From contig OZ244065.1 in the NCBI GenBank assembly GCA_965215505.1, positions 3,168,001-3,232,000 of the forward strand: a stretch of DNA of 64,000 bases. The letters run 5' to 3'. The DNA is from Capsulimonadaceae bacterium. Its GTDB lineage: Bacteria > Armatimonadota > Armatimonadia > Armatimonadales > Capsulimonadaceae. Position 1 is the stretch's first letter. Every line of letters begins with the position of its first letter. The translations under genes were made by a program, and so were the position numbers. The notes beneath the pieces were generated by a model. It ran no database searches. It saw only the letters and a list, made by a program, of their open reading frames with translations, and was not told where the DNA came from. This document shows, piece by piece, positions 47,893 to 58,718 of this stretch.

Positions 47893-48807
47893 TCAGTATG
47901 GCCCTAAAAATCGCTCCCCGTTGAAGTGAATGAGATGGGTTGGCGAGTCCGCGAACCAAACCTCGGTTTCCCACGAGATGTCTGCTGCATAAGGGGCGAA
48001 TGCCTTTCGTGTCAGGAATGTCGTGACGAACACGAGTCCGGCAGAAGAGGCGCGGAACAAGTGCTTCAGTTCCTCATGGCGTTTGGCGTTCACTGGACCG
48101 TGAGAAGTAACGGCCTCTATCAGAATCAGCCAGTTCTTTAAAGTATGATGCACTATGACATCTGGCATCTTCCCGTGTTCGTCTACCGTCACACCCAGCG
48201 CCGTCAGCCCCTGTTGGTCGAAGTAGGCAAACTTGTTGTCGGTGTCGCCAACGTACAACAGTTTGCTCCCAGGTAAGTAGTGCGGACAGAAATCTTCCAT
48301 GATGCGCTCAACCAGAACGTTTTGTCCTCCTGGTGAGAGGGTGATGATCTGCCCTGGCGTGATCTGAATAGGAATGCGTAGCATCTCCCGCTCCTGAGCG
48401 TAGCGTTCCTTAAGTGTTTGAGTCGAGGCCAAGTACACGGCCACGCTCTGCTCCCATTCCGCTGTTCCGAATGTTCGCAATAGCTCCAAGGCACTCGCCT
48501 CGACCTGATAGACGTTATGGGGACTATTAATAGGACGGTCCTTTTTGTCAGGGTTGGCAATCACCAGCCCAGATTCTATGAATTGGTGGACAGTGAACCG
48601 TCGCACGGTCTCCCGAGTGTTAGGAGCATAGTTCTTGCCGTATTGCTTCGCCGCGAACTCCATTATGGGGGTGATGCCGAGCAGAGGGGCCTCGGCCTCC
48701 GACCAGTTTTGCCCCGGTTTTAAATTCAGTAGGGCGAGCAGAATCAGCCCTGACCGTTCGTTGCGCTGGGCCATAGGCAAACCTAGTGGGTCACTTGGCA
48801 TGGGCAT
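47893..48807 (-). CDS. BsuBI/PstI-family type II restriction endonuclease, N-terminus replaced by an IS end
   Basis: [41 protein letters not shown] and [11 protein letters not shown] motifs. Confidence 0.85.
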   Translation of the reverse strand: MPMPSDPLGLPMAQRNERSGLILLALLNLKPGQNWSEAEAPLLGITPIMEFAAKQYGKNYAPNTRETVRRFTVHQFIESGLVIANPDKKDRPINSPHNVYQVEASALELLRTFGTAEWEQSVAVYLASTQTLKERYAQEREMLRIPIQITPGQIITLSPGGQNVLVERIMEDFCPHYLPGSKLLYVGDTDNKFAYFDQQGLTALGVTVDEHGKMPDVIVHHTLKNWLILIEAVTSHGPVNAKRHEELKHLFRASSAGLVFVTTFLTRKAFAPYAADISWETEVWFADSPTHLIHFNGERFLGPY

Positions 48808-49036
48808 AGCCTTTGCGCCTCGGTCGGGCCACGGGACTGAGCGTGCATGCCCCAGAGTCACCCAGCGCATGCCGGCGCTGCCGGGCTCGCTCCCGCCGCA
48901 GATGACGCGCCCCGCCCCAGACAAAGGGCGTCGGTTCCCGGTTCCAGGCGCGGGCCGTGGCCTCCAGCCAGTCCATGATCTGCTCCGGCCCGCTCGGGTG
49001 CTGGCCGGACAGGGCGCGGCGTTTGAGGATGTTCTG
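48783..49036 (-). mobile_element. IS630-family remnant (transposase C-terminus and right end)
   Basis: [37 protein letters not shown] followed by the CAAGTGACCCACTAG end. Confidence 0.7.
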
Positions 49037-49339
49037 GGCGACGACGTAGATGCTGTCCGGAGGATTGTCGCTACGACACAACCGACTGACGACTGCTGCG
49101 AACAGGGAGCCGACGCCCGCCCCGGCGTCAAGGAGGGAGACTTCGGGCATGTCAAGGGCCAGCATGGACGCCAACAGGCGAGCCACCGGGGCGGCGGAAA
49201 GGAATTGGCCCCTCTCGCGGCGGCACTCCCGGAGAAGCCGCGGAGCCGCTTCCAAGCGCAGCGCCTCGGCCACGTCCAACGGGTCGGCAAGAGCTGACGG
49301 AGCAGGGGCGGTCATTGTGAAAGTCAGGGAGGGCGGCAT
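49037..49339 (-). pseudogene. N-terminal fragment of a BsuBI/Eco57I-type adenine methyltransferase
   Basis: [14 protein letters not shown] and motif [11 protein letters not shown]; truncated before NPPY and fused in frame to the transposase remnant. Confidence 0.75.
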
Positions 49340-49341
49340 TG

Positions 49342-52300
49342 CTACTCCGTCCAAACCGCCTGCGGGTTGCCGAGCAGGTGACGCAGATAGTTCACCATGC
49401 CCTCATCCGGCGAGACGGTCAGGTTGGGCTGGACGCGGCGGGTACGCGCGCCGTCGGCGATGTGCAGCAGGAGGCGGCTGCCGCCGGCCGCCTTGTGCTC
49501 GGCCAGTTTACGTTGCAAGGGGCGCATCTTGTCCGCCATGCTCTCGTCCAGCCGGATGTTCAGGCAGGAGAAGGCCGGGCGGGTTTCGCGGACGACGTTT
49601 GCCCCCGATCCCAGCAGCTTCTCCGCCGTGGCGACGGGCGCGATGGCGTCGGCGCTGATCTCGACGCTGGCGAGCGAGCCGGCGTCCTCCTCGCCGCCCC
49701 CGCCGCCCTTGTTGATGCGGTCGCGGTGCGACGTGCGGCCCTTGACGATGACGACGCTGTCCTTCTGCGGCACCTCGGTCAAGGTGGCGGCAGAGCGCGG
49801 GAAGACGCTGACGCTGATCGTGCCGCTCTTATCCTCCAACGTCAGGAAGTACATCAGCTCGTTCTTGCCCTTGGTGTAGTACGGGCGGACGTTGGTCAGG
49901 ACGCCCGCGACGGTCACGTCCTCCTTGTCGCCCAGGCCCCGGCACTCGTCAATCGTGTGCGAGACGTGCGCCTTGACGGCATAAGCGTACTGGTCCAGGG
50001 GGTGGTCGCTGAGGTACAGGCCCAGAAGCTCCTTCTCCATCGCCGTGATCTCGTTCGGCTTCAGCGGCTCGGCGTCGGGCAGGGGCGGGGCGACGTGGGC
50101 CAGGCTCTCCGAGTCCGAGTCGTCGCCGAACATGGAGACCTGGCCGGATTTGCGGTCGCGGGCGACGCTGGCCGCGCTGTGCAATGCCCCTTCCAGCCCG
50201 GCCAGCAGGCGGGCGCGGTTCTTTTCCAGGCTCGCCAAAGCGCCCGCTTTGATCAGCGTCTCCATCGCCCCCTTGCCGGTCAGGCCGAAGGCCATGACGC
50301 GGGCGCAGAAGTCGTGCAAAGACGTAAACGGGCCGTCCGCCTTGCGGGCAGCCAGCACCGCCTCGATGGGGGCCTTGCCGACGTTCTTGATGGCGAGCAG
50401 GCCGAACCGGATGGTCGCGCCGTGTCCGGTGAAGTCGGCATCGCTGTAGTTGACGTCCGGCGGCAGGATCTCGATGCGCTTGCTCTCGCCGTCAATCTCG
50501 ATCACGGTCCGCTTGGCGTCCTCGATGAAGGCGACCAGCTTGTCGGTGTCATCAGCCTGCACCGCCATCAGGGCGGCGAAGTAGTCCACGGGGTAGTTCG
50601 CTTTGAGATACGCCGTCTGGTAGGCCACCAGGGCATAACAGAAGGCGTGGGCCTTGTTGAAGGCATAGCCGGCGAACGGCTCGATCAGGTCGAACAGGTA
50701 GGAGGCCGTCTTCTCGTCCACGATGCCCTTTTTGGCCGCGCCCGCCATGAAGTTCTCGCGCTGCTGGACCATCTCCTTGAGGACCTTCTTCCCCATCGCC
50801 TTGCGTAGAATGTCCGCCTGGCCGAGCGAGAAGCCCGCGATGGCCTGGACGATTCGCAGCACCTGGTCCTGGTAGACGATGACGCCGTAGGTCTCCTTCA
50901 GGATGGGTTCCAAAGCCGGGTGCGGGTACTCGATCTTCTCCATGCCCAGCTTGCAGCGGATGTAGCGCGGGATCTGCGCCATCGGGCCGGGCCGGTACAG
51001 CGCGACCATGGCCGCGACCTCGGCGACGGTGTTCGGCTTCAGTTCGGCGATGTAGCGGCGCATCTGGCCGCCTTCAAGCTGGAAGACGCCGGAGCACTCG
51101 CCGCGTCCCAGCAGGTCGTAGGTTCTCCTATCATCCAGCGGCAGTTTCAGGACGTCTATGTCTCTGTTGTGGCTGCGCTTGACGTTGCGGACGGCGCGGG
51201 CGAGGATGGTCAGGTTCGCCAGGCCCAGGAAGTCCATCTTGATCAGGCCGATCTTCTCCAGCACGTTCGCCGGGTAGCCGGTGACCAGGCCGACACCGTC
51301 ATCGGCCCGCTGCACGGGGATGTTCTCGACCAGAGGCTCGGCGGAGATGACGACGCCCGCCGCGTGGACGCTGTCGTGCCGGGTCAGCCCTTCCAGGCGC
51401 AGGGCGGTGTCTATCAGCTCACGCGCCAGCGTGCTGCCGTTGACGGCGGCTTTGAACTCGGGGTTGACCTCCAAAGCCTTGCTGATCTTCATGCCGACCG
51501 GCAGGGTCGGGATCATCTTGCAGAGCTTGTCCACCTCGGCCATCGGCATCTTGTTCATGGCCCGGCCGCAGTCGCGGATGGCCGCGCGGGCGGCCAGGGT
51601 CCCGAAGGTGACGATCTGGGCGACGTGATCCCGCCCGTACTTCTGGACGACGTAGTCAATGACGTCCTGCCGCCTATGATCCTCGAAGTCCATGTCAATA
51701 TCGGGCATGGACAGCCGCTCGGGGTTCAGGAACCGCTCGAACGTCAGCCCGTATTCCAGGGGGTCAACGTCCGTGATGCCGACGCAGTACGAGGCCATGG
51801 AGCCGGCCGCCGAGCCGCGCACGCCGAAGAAAATCCCCTCGCGCCGGGCGAAGTTTGCGAAGTCTCTAACAATTAAGAAGTACTGGCCGAAGCCGGTCTG
51901 CTCGATGACGTCCAGCTCGAACCGCAGCCGCTCCTCGTGTTCCTCGGTGATGACCGGGTAGCGCGCCCTCATGCCCTCAAACGAAAGCTTGGCGAGGTAC
52001 GACTGCGCGTTCATGTCCTGGGGCGTGTCGCCCGGCGAGGGCATGGCGAGCCGGTCGAACTTCAGGTCCAGGTTGCACCGCTCGGCGATCTCCACCGTCC
52101 GCGCCAGGGCGTCGGGGTAGTTCGGGAAGCGCTGGAGCATCTCGGCCTGGGACTTCATATAGAAGTCCTTGGACCCGTAGTTCATCTTCTTGGGGTCGTC
52201 CATCGTCGTGCCGGTCTGGACACACAGCAGGACCTGATGCGGGTCGGCATCCTGTGCATCCAAATAGTGTACGTCGTTGGTGGCGACGAGCGGGATTTTC

Positions 52301-52902
52301 AGCCGCTGGGCCATCGAGACAATCTCGCGGTTGACGTGGTGCTGCTTGTCCAGCATATGGTCTTGCAGCTCTAAGTAGTACCGGTCCCCGAAGATCTCCC
52401 GAAACTCCTCGGCGGCATACTCCGCCGCCTTGACGTCCCCGTTCATCAGATGGTGCGGCACTTCGGCCCCCAGACACGCCGACAGGCAGATCAGGCCCTC
52501 GTTGTGCGCCTGCAACAGCTCGCGGTCAATGCGCGGCTTGTAATACATGCCCTCCAAAGAGGCCAGCGAGGTCAGTTGCAGCAGGTTCTTGTAGCCCGTC
52601 TCGTTCATCGCCAGCAGGACCAAATGCCGCGAATCATCCAGCTTCTTGTTTTCTTTCTCGTGCCGCGACCGCGTCGCCACATACATTTCGTTCCCGACGA
52701 GCGGTTTGATGCCGGCTTTCTTGCATTTGAGGTAGAATTCCATTGCGCCGTACATGACGCCGTGGTCGGTCAGCCCGATGGCGGGCATGTTCAGGTCCAC
52801 AGCCTTCTTTACCAGGTCGTCAATGCGGCACGCGCCGTCCAGCAGACTGTATTCGGAGTGCAGGTGGAGGTGGACGAAGTTAGACGGGGTGGTGTTCATC
52901 AT
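49342..52902 (-). CDS. dnaE: DNA polymerase III alpha subunit
   Basis: [39 protein letters not shown] and YAFNKAH motifs. Confidence 0.97.
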   Translation of the reverse strand: MMNTTPSNFVHLHLHSEYSLLDGACRIDDLVKKAVDLNMPAIGLTDHGVMYGAMEFYLKCKKAGIKPLVGNEMYVATRSRHEKENKKLDDSRHLVLLAMNETGYKNLLQLTSLASLEGMYYKPRIDRELLQAHNEGLICLSACLGAEVPHHLMNGDVKAAEYAAEEFREIFGDRYYLELQDHMLDKQHHVNREIVSMAQRLKIPLVATNDVHYLDAQDADPHQVLLCVQTGTTMDDPKKMNYGSKDFYMKSQAEMLQRFPNYPDALARTVEIAERCNLDLKFDRLAMPSPGDTPQDMNAQSYLAKLSFEGMRARYPVITEEHEERLRFELDVIEQTGFGQYFLIVRDFANFARREGIFFGVRGSAAGSMASYCVGITDVDPLEYGLTFERFLNPERLSMPDIDMDFEDHRRQDVIDYVVQKYGRDHVAQIVTFGTLAARAAIRDCGRAMNKMPMAEVDKLCKMIPTLPVGMKISKALEVNPEFKAAVNGSTLARELIDTALRLEGLTRHDSVHAAGVVISAEPLVENIPVQRADDGVGLVTGYPANVLEKIGLIKMDFLGLANLTILARAVRNVKRSHNRDIDVLKLPLDDRRTYDLLGRGECSGVFQLEGGQMRRYIAELKPNTVAEVAAMVALYRPGPMAQIPRYIRCKLGMEKIEYPHPALEPILKETYGVIVYQDQVLRIVQAIAGFSLGQADILRKAMGKKVLKEMVQQRENFMAGAAKKGIVDEKTASYLFDLIEPFAGYAFNKAHAFCYALVAYQTAYLKANYPVDYFAALMAVQADDTDKLVAFIEDAKRTVIEIDGESKRIEILPPDVNYSDADFTGHGATIRFGLLAIKNVGKAPIEAVLAARKADGPFTSLHDFCARVMAFGLTGKGAMETLIKAGALASLEKNRARLLAGLEGALHSAASVARDRKSGQVSMFGDDSDSESLAHVAPPLPDAEPLKPNEITAMEKELLGLYLSDHPLDQYAYAVKAHVSHTIDECRGLGDKEDVTVAGVLTNVRPYYTKGKNELMYFLTLEDKSGTISVSVFPRSAATLTEVPQKDSVVIVKGRTSHRDRINKGGGGGEEDAGSLASVEISADAIAPVATAEKLLGSGANVVRETRPAFSCLNIRLDESMADKMRPLQRKLAEHKAAGGSRLLLHIADGARTRRVQPNLTVSPDEGMVNYLRHLLGNPQAVWTE

Positions 52903-53102
52903 GATTGCGCGCGTGTTCCTTGAGGTATAACTGAACGGGTTCTTTGATACTTGCTGTCAGACGCCGTTACCTGCTGTGTGCTACTAGATATTGATGGCGG
53001 CTAACGGAGAAATCTAGATGTTGGGGTAAACTGACCCTATTCTAGCAGAAGCGCGGCGATTTGGCAAGGGCGATCTTGACGGGAGAGGCCGAAGAGGAGA
53101 AG

Positions 53103-53269
53103 CCGAGTGGTTGAAAACCGCTCGCTAGGACAAGCGTCCTGCGGACGTGGGCTAGGGGGCGGCAGAACTGGTACAGACGGCGAATGTGGGCGGCTCACAC
53201 AGAAAGGCTCCCCGCCTTACCCTCTGTCCGAAGGACACCTATCCTAGCGGGTGGTTTTCAACCACTCGG
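53103..53269. repeat. MITE/REP-like inverted-repeat element, family B
   Basis: CCGAGTGGTTGAAAACCGCTCGCTAGGA / TCCTAGCGGGTGGTTTTCAACCACTCGG. Confidence 0.7.
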
Positions 53270-53390
53270 GTGCCCTCGCCGCTAAACAGGCCAAATGCGC
53301 CATCCAATGTGCCACAAACGCGCCATCGTGGCCCATTACGTTCTTCTACTGCCCGCAAAGGCTTCCGTATGAAGCCTCAACCCATAGCCT

Positions 53391-54047
53391 GTGTCTAACG
53401 AATCAAAAACCACACAACCGGACGTACCCGCGCCTTCCTGGGCGACGGTGACGAAGCCGACCGCTCCCACCGAGGAGGACGCGGACGCGGCCCTGGTCGG
53501 GCGCTGCCGCAATGGGGACGCCGGTGCCTACGGGTCCCTCGTCGCCCGGCACGACAAGCGCGTCTATGCCCTGGTCGCCCGCGTGCTGGGGCCGGGGGCG
53601 ACGGCGGACGACGTGGACGATGTGGCGCAGGACGTGTTCGTCCAGGCCTGGCGGGCATTGCCGAAGTTCCGGCAGGACGCGCGCTTCTCCACCTGGCTGT
53701 ACCGGATCGCCACCAACATGGCGATCAAGGAGTGGCACCGGATCAAGCGGCGGGCGGCGGCGGTCTATGAGGAAGAGCTGCCCGCGACGGTGCGCGAGGC
53801 CCTGGCCGAGAGGACGCCGGGACCCGCAGACCTCGCCGAGCAGAAGGCGCGCGACATGGCTCTGCGGGCGGCGATTGACCGGCTGCCGGAGAAGCAGCGG
53901 ACGGTGATCCTGCTGCATTATTTTGAAGACTACACCTGCGAGGACATCGCGGCATTTCTAGGCTGTTCCACCGGCACGGTCTGGTCGCGCCTGCACTACG
54001 GCTGCCGCAAGCTGCGCCAGTCGGTGGGCTGGCTGGGGGAAACATAG
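53391..54047 (+). CDS. ECF RNA polymerase sigma factor
   Basis: DDVAQDVF, FSTWLYRIATN and region 4 GTVWSRL motifs; start uncertain. Confidence 0.9.
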   Translation: MSNESKTTQPDVPAPSWATVTKPTAPTEEDADAALVGRCRNGDAGAYGSLVARHDKRVYALVARVLGPGATADDVDDVAQDVFVQAWRALPKFRQDARFSTWLYRIATNMAIKEWHRIKRRAAAVYEEELPATVREALAERTPGPADLAEQKARDMALRAAIDRLPEKQRTVILLHYFEDYTCEDIAAFLGCSTGTVWSRLHYGCRKLRQSVGWLGET

Positions 54048-54064
54048 GGCTTCTGCTCAATCGC

Positions 54065-55501
54065 ATGCTGAACCGGAACACACAATACTCTGAATGGCTC
54101 CTGCCGTACCTGGAAGGCGGGCTGGAGGAGGCGCAGCGGGCATTTCTCGAAGCGCGCCTGGCCCAAGACCCCGCGCTCGCCGAGGAGGCCCGGCGGCTCG
54201 CGCGGACCCTAGGCGGCCTGCGCGGCGTGGCCGCGCGCGCGCCGCGCCCCGACAACGCGCAGGTGCCCGCCGACCTGTGGCCGCACCTGCGCGCGCGTCT
54301 GGTGCTGGACCCCGCACCCCCCAGCCCGCGCCCCCGCGCCTGGTGGGTGGCGGGCGTCGGCGCTCCCGCCGCGGCCGCCCTGATCGTCGCGGCCTTCTGG
54401 CTGCCCGGCTGGCACACCCCGCCCCTGCCGCCGTCCGCCCCCAGGCAGGCGGCGACCCCAAGGCCGACGGCTGCTCCCAGGCCGGTGACTGTGCCGAAGG
54501 CTCCGGCCACGTCCCCGGCAGCGCCCGCCGCGCCAAAGTCTTCCGTGCCGCCGCCCACGCTGACCACGCCCGGCCCGCTCGCGAAGCCGGCGGCCAAAGT
54601 GGGGACGGCGAAGCCTAACACGGTCGCCTCGAACGCCGCGCCCGCCGCGCCGCCCGCGTCCCCCTTTGATCTGCCCGTGCCCGCCCCGCCCGTGGCGCGG
54701 GCGGCGAACAGCGCATCTAAGCCGCAAATCGTGCCCACAGCCGTTCCCGCCCCGCCGGTCGCCGGTGCAATCCAAGCGCCTCACCCGCCCGCCGCCCCTG
54801 CGCCCCCGCCGCCCGCGATGGCACCGACCCCGGCCCCCACGCCGCAGAAGCCGGCACCGGCGGCGATGGCACCGACGACCGCCCAGGCCCGCCCCGTCCC
54901 CACCCCGGATGCCATCGCGCCCGCCGTCGCGGCAGGGGCGACGGGCGTGGCGGGTGCCGCCGGTGCGGCCCCCAAAGGAGTCAAGGGCGGCCCGCCCGGC
55001 GACGCCCGCCGCAGCGCCAAGGCACAGCCGAATGCCATGCGGTTCGCCGCGCCCCCCGCCGAGACAAGCCCGGCCTTCGTCCCGGACGGGTTGGACTCCT
55101 GGCAGGCCTCGCTGTCCGCCGCCGTCCGCTCCCCGCTCTTGGGCGAGAACGAGGGCGAGGCCCAGGCCAACCAGGCCTTGATGTCCGCCCGCGAGTCGGG
55201 GATGCTGGACGACCTGCGCGCCCGCCTGGAAGCGCGGCGGACCGAGTCGCCCCACGACGTGGTGACGGGCCGGATGCTGGCCGCCGTCTACGAGTTCGGC
55301 TTCTCCAAGGAGGCCGCCCTGCGCGAGCGCCGCCGCGTCTCCGGCCTGGAAGGGGCCGTCGGGGAAGACTGGTACGCCCTGGCGCAGGCCGAAGAGCGCG
55401 CGGGCAGCGGGACGGCGGCGCGGGCCGCCTACCGACGCGCGCTGGAGTCGCCTGTCCCCCCGTCCCCGTTCCACGCGGCCATCGCGCGGGGTAAGGCGTG
55501 A
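54065..55501 (+). CDS. Putative anti-sigma factor with Pro/Ala-rich linker and TPR-like C-terminus
   Basis: LLPYLEGGL anti-sigma-like start, TM helix, directly downstream of the ECF sigma. Confidence 0.7.
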   Translation: MLNRNTQYSEWLLPYLEGGLEEAQRAFLEARLAQDPALAEEARRLARTLGGLRGVAARAPRPDNAQVPADLWPHLRARLVLDPAPPSPRPRAWWVAGVGAPAAAALIVAAFWLPGWHTPPLPPSAPRQAATPRPTAAPRPVTVPKAPATSPAAPAAPKSSVPPPTLTTPGPLAKPAAKVGTAKPNTVASNAAPAAPPASPFDLPVPAPPVARAANSASKPQIVPTAVPAPPVAGAIQAPHPPAAPAPPPPAMAPTPAPTPQKPAPAAMAPTTAQARPVPTPDAIAPAVAAGATGVAGAAGAAPKGVKGGPPGDARRSAKAQPNAMRFAAPPAETSPAFVPDGLDSWQASLSAAVRSPLLGENEGEAQANQALMSARESGMLDDLRARLEARRTESPHDVVTGRMLAAVYEFGFSKEAALRERRRVSGLEGAVGEDWYALAQAEERAGSGTAARAAYRRALESPVPPSPFHAAIARGKA

Positions 55502-55524
55502 CCCCGCCCTGGGCGGCCGCGCCC

Positions 55525-55554
55525 TTGACAACCGGCCCGGTTTTCTTCTACAAT
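55525..55554 (+). promoter_or_regulatory. Sigma70 promoter, near-leaderless
   Basis: TTGACA, 18 bp spacer, TACAAT; ATG follows 8 nt later. Confidence 0.7.
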
Positions 55555-55562
55555 CACTAGAC

Positions 55563-56663
55563 ATGCTTAACCCAACGCCTGACACCCCCCTGCGCTTCGC
55601 CATCGTCGGCTGCGGCACCATCGCCCCCACTCATGCGGAGGCGCTGACTGCCCTGAAGGACCAGGGCGCGTCGCTGGTGGCCTGCTGCGACTCGGTCGCG
55701 GAGCGGGCGGGGGCGCTGGCCGCACGGTTCGGGCTGGACGTGGCCGAGTTCGACGACCTGCTGGCCGACCCCTCCATTGACGCCGTCTGCATCTGCGCGC
55801 CGAGCGGGATGCACGCGGACCTGGGCGCGCGCGCCCTGAGCGCGGGCAAGCACGTCGTGGTCGAGAAGCCGATGGACATCAGCCTCGCCGCCTGCGACCG
55901 GCTTCTGGCCGCACAGCGGGCGTCGGGGAAGCGGCTGGCCGTCATCTCCCAGCACCGTTTTGATCGGGCCAGCATCGAAGTGAAAGCCGCCCTCGACGGC
56001 GGCGCGCTGGGCCGGATGGTCTACGCCGAGGCGCGCGTTCCCTGGTATCGGACGCAGGACTATTACGACTCGGGCGACTGGCGCGGGACCTGGGCCTTGG
56101 ACGGCGGCGGTGCCCTGATGAACCAGGGCGTCCACACCGCCGACCTCCTGCGCTGGCTGGGCGGGCCGGTCGAGACGGTCTACGCACAGTCGCGGACGCT
56201 GGCGCACGAGCGCATCGAGGTGGAAGACGTGATCGCTGCGACCGTGACCTTCGCCAACGGTTCCATCGCGACCCTGTCCGCGTCCACCGCCCTCTACCCC
56301 GGCTTCCCGGTCCGGCTGTCCGTGCATGGGACGGAGGGCAGCGCGATCATCGAGGGCGACATGCTGCACACTTTGACGACGAAAGCCGGTGCGTCCGGCG
56401 GCGGACAGGCCGCCCACGCCCACGCCCTCCAGGTGGCGACGGGCGGCACGAAGGCCGCCGCCGCTCAGGCCGAGTCTTTGACGGCCGCCTCCGACCCCGC
56501 CGCCGTCTGGGGCGAGGCGCACCGGGCGCAGTTCGCGGACTTTTTGCACTGCTGCCGGACCGGCGAGACCCCAATCGTAGACGGCGCTGAGGGCCGCAAG
56601 GCCGTGGAACTGGTGCTGGCCGTCTATGAGTCGGCCCGCACCGGCCAGGTCGTCAGGCTATAG
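55563..56663 (+). CDS. Gfo/Idh/MocA oxidoreductase
   Basis: IVGCGTIA, GKHVVVEKP and GGGALMNQGVH motifs. Confidence 0.92.
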   Translation: MLNPTPDTPLRFAIVGCGTIAPTHAEALTALKDQGASLVACCDSVAERAGALAARFGLDVAEFDDLLADPSIDAVCICAPSGMHADLGARALSAGKHVVVEKPMDISLAACDRLLAAQRASGKRLAVISQHRFDRASIEVKAALDGGALGRMVYAEARVPWYRTQDYYDSGDWRGTWALDGGGALMNQGVHTADLLRWLGGPVETVYAQSRTLAHERIEVEDVIAATVTFANGSIATLSASTALYPGFPVRLSVHGTEGSAIIEGDMLHTLTTKAGASGGGQAAHAHALQVATGGTKAAAAQAESLTAASDPAAVWGEAHRAQFADFLHCCRTGETPIVDGAEGRKAVELVLAVYESARTGQVVRL

Positions 56664-56667
56664 CACT

Positions 56668-57219
56668 ATGATACTGGTCGGCATTGACCCCGGCACGGCG
56701 ACGACCGGCTACGGGGTGATCGAGAAGCGCGGCGACCGGGTCTCCTTCCTGGCCTGCGGCATCATCGCAACGCCGCCCGACGAGGACGCCCCGGCACGGC
56801 TGCTCATGATCTACGACCAGTTCAACGCCCTGCTGGACCGGTACAAGCCCGAGGCGGTGGCGACGGAGCGGCTGTTTTTCACCAACAACGTCACGACCGG
56901 CATCCCCGTGGGCCGCGCCCTGGGCGTCATCCTGCTGACGCTGGCCCAGCGCGGCCTGCCGTGGACGGAGTACACGCCGACGCAGGTGAAGAGCGCCATC
57001 GTCGGGACCGGGCGGGCCGAGAAGAAGCAGATCCAGTTCATGGTGACCCGGCTGCTGGGGCTGACCGAGGTGCCGAAGCCCGACGACGCCGCCGACGCCT
57101 TGGCCATCGCCATCTGCCACGCCCACTCGGCCCGGCTCGGCGCATTGGCTGCCACCAACGATGTGGATGCGGCCCCGGCGCGGGCGGCGTCAGGGGTGAG
57201 GCGCGGGGTACGGGGATGA
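56668..57219 (+). CDS. ruvC: Holliday junction resolvase RuvC
   Basis: GIDPG, EYTPTQVK and PDDAADALAIAICH motifs. Confidence 0.95.
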   Translation: MILVGIDPGTATTGYGVIEKRGDRVSFLACGIIATPPDEDAPARLLMIYDQFNALLDRYKPEAVATERLFFTNNVTTGIPVGRALGVILLTLAQRGLPWTEYTPTQVKSAIVGTGRAEKKQIQFMVTRLLGLTEVPKPDDAADALAIAICHAHSARLGALAATNDVDAAPARAASGVRRGVRG

Positions 57220-57370
57220 CCTACCCCTGCCGCAAGCGGCGACCCCTCCCTGTTAGGGAAGGGTGAGGACAAGTCAGTAGGCGCTCTCGGGTACAAAGTG
57301 ACAGACCGATGACATCTACTTTTACCCTTCCCTAAAAGGGAGGGGTCGCGACTTGTCGCGGGGGTAGGTC
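57218..57370. repeat. Inverted-repeat element, family C (same ends as 3254/5204)
   Basis: GACCTACCCC..GCGACCCCTCCCTGTTAGGGAAGGGT / ACCCTTCCCTAAAAGGGAGGGGTCGCGACTTGTCGCGGGGGTAGGTC. Confidence 0.7.
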
Positions 57371-57391
57371 CTGACAGGAGAAATGTAAGGA

Positions 57392-57991
57392 ATGGCCGGA
57401 ACAGTAGTAGCGGTGTTTGACGACAACGCCCAGGCGGAGCGGGCGGCCCAGGCCCTGATTGATGACGGGGTGCCGCTGGCCGACATCACCCTCGTCTTCC
57501 ACGGCGCGGCGGGCGCATCGGGGACCTCGGATGCCCTCAGCGGGCCGGACACGGAGACATTGGCGACCGGCGTCCGCGAGATGGAGGAACACGACGTCGA
57601 GCGGCCCAACAACGCCGCCGACGAGATCGCCCCGCGCGCCATCGTCGGGTTCGTCATCGGTGCCCCGCTCGGGTCGCTCGCCGCCTCCCTCCTGGTCTTC
57701 TTCGAGAGCCTGGAGCCGTTTATCGCCGCCCACGCCCTCGCCTGGCAGCTCGTCGCTGCCGTCGGCGGCGGCATCCTCGGCGCGCTCTGGGGCGCGGTGA
57801 CGGCCGGCGGCATCCCCAAGGAGGCCGCGCGCGGCTACCATTCCGACGTCCAGAAGGGCCGCACCCTCGTCACCGCCCTGGCGTCGAGCCGCAACGCCCC
57901 CCACTTCCAGGACATCCTGCGCGGGCAGGGCGGGCGCAAGCTGGGCTTCTTCCCCCGCTTCCTGGACAGCATCCAGAGCATCGAGTCTTGA
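57392..57991 (+). CDS. General-stress-like membrane protein
   Basis: TVVAVFDD..AERA, glycine-rich TMs and GIPKEAA..Y..G.TLV; similar to 45118..46218. Confidence 0.75.
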   Translation: MAGTVVAVFDDNAQAERAAQALIDDGVPLADITLVFHGAAGASGTSDALSGPDTETLATGVREMEEHDVERPNNAADEIAPRAIVGFVIGAPLGSLAASLLVFFESLEPFIAAHALAWQLVAAVGGGILGALWGAVTAGGIPKEAARGYHSDVQKGRTLVTALASSRNAPHFQDILRGQGGRKLGFFPRFLDSIQSIES

Positions 57992-58515
57992 CGGGGGCGG
58001 CACAAGAAGAGGGGCCGGAAGAGGAGCCGGCCGGCGCAGGCGAGGTCCTCGGCGACCCCAAGCCCGCCCCCGCCGTCGCGCAGACCACCGAGGAGGCCGT
58101 GAATCTGGTCCTGACCCACCTGGAGCGCCAGGCGGGCCGCTCCGACGCGGGCGCGGCCTACGAGGGCCTGCTGCTCGTCCCCGACCTGCCCCTGGATGCG
58201 CTTGGCGAACTCGGCCCGCTCACCCGCCTGGACGACGGGGCGGTCAAAGACGCCCTCCCGTCCCTGCTGCTCGAAACCGGCGGCGGTCAGGCCCAGATCG
58301 AGTTCTGCCCCTTCGGCCCCCTCGCCCTCGTCTCCTCCGACGGGGCGGCCGACACCGACCCCATCGCCCAGACACTCCACGCCGCCGGCCTGTTCCCCCT
58401 CTTCCCCGCCGACCTCGACGGCGCGGGGTCATGGCACGGCCACCCCCTCGCCCGCTGGCTCTTCCCCACCCGCCTCAGCCAGGCGCTGGCACTGTTCGAG
58501 ACGCTGCGGGGCTGA
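57988..58515 (+). CDS. Hypothetical protein
   Basis: ORF overlapping the upstream stop (TTGA); host-like codon usage. Confidence 0.5.
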   Translation: MTGAAQEEGPEEEPAGAGEVLGDPKPAPAVAQTTEEAVNLVLTHLERQAGRSDAGAAYEGLLLVPDLPLDALGELGPLTRLDDGAVKDALPSLLLETGGGQAQIEFCPFGPLALVSSDGAADTDPIAQTLHAAGLFPLFPADLDGAGSWHGHPLARWLFPTRLSQALALFETLRG

Positions 58516-58519
58516 CATC

Positions 58520-58693
58520 ATGCACACTCCCGACGAAAGCCCACCCGAGCCGGACGAAGCGGACGCCCTCGAAGCGGACCCACTGTTGTTGTCGGCCGGC
58601 AGTCTCCGCGATGATCCCTTCTGGGACGAGATGATGGACTCCATCCGCCGCCACCGCCGCGAGATGGACGCGCAGTGGGATGTACCGGATTGA
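58520..58693 (+). CDS. Small acidic protein, antitoxin-like
   Basis: 57 aa with GSLRDDPFWDEMMDSIRRHRRE. Confidence 0.45.
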   Translation: MHTPDESPPEPDEADALEADPLLLSAGSLRDDPFWDEMMDSIRRHRREMDAQWDVPD

Positions 58694-58718
58694 CCAGACA
58701 AGAACCACAGACAACAAA

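Noticed and set aside
47893-49290. 465-aa ORF as a single long endonuclease
   Set aside because: The N-terminal ~160 aa is an alternative-frame read through the MTase and IS remnants
49342-52902. Intein or split in dnaE
   Set aside because: Continuous ORF of ordinary length with no intein motifs seen
56668-57219. RuvC as a TnpB/Cas12-like RNA-guided nuclease, given the downstream hairpin element
   Set aside because: Size and motifs match the housekeeping resolvase; the element belongs to a dispersed repeat family
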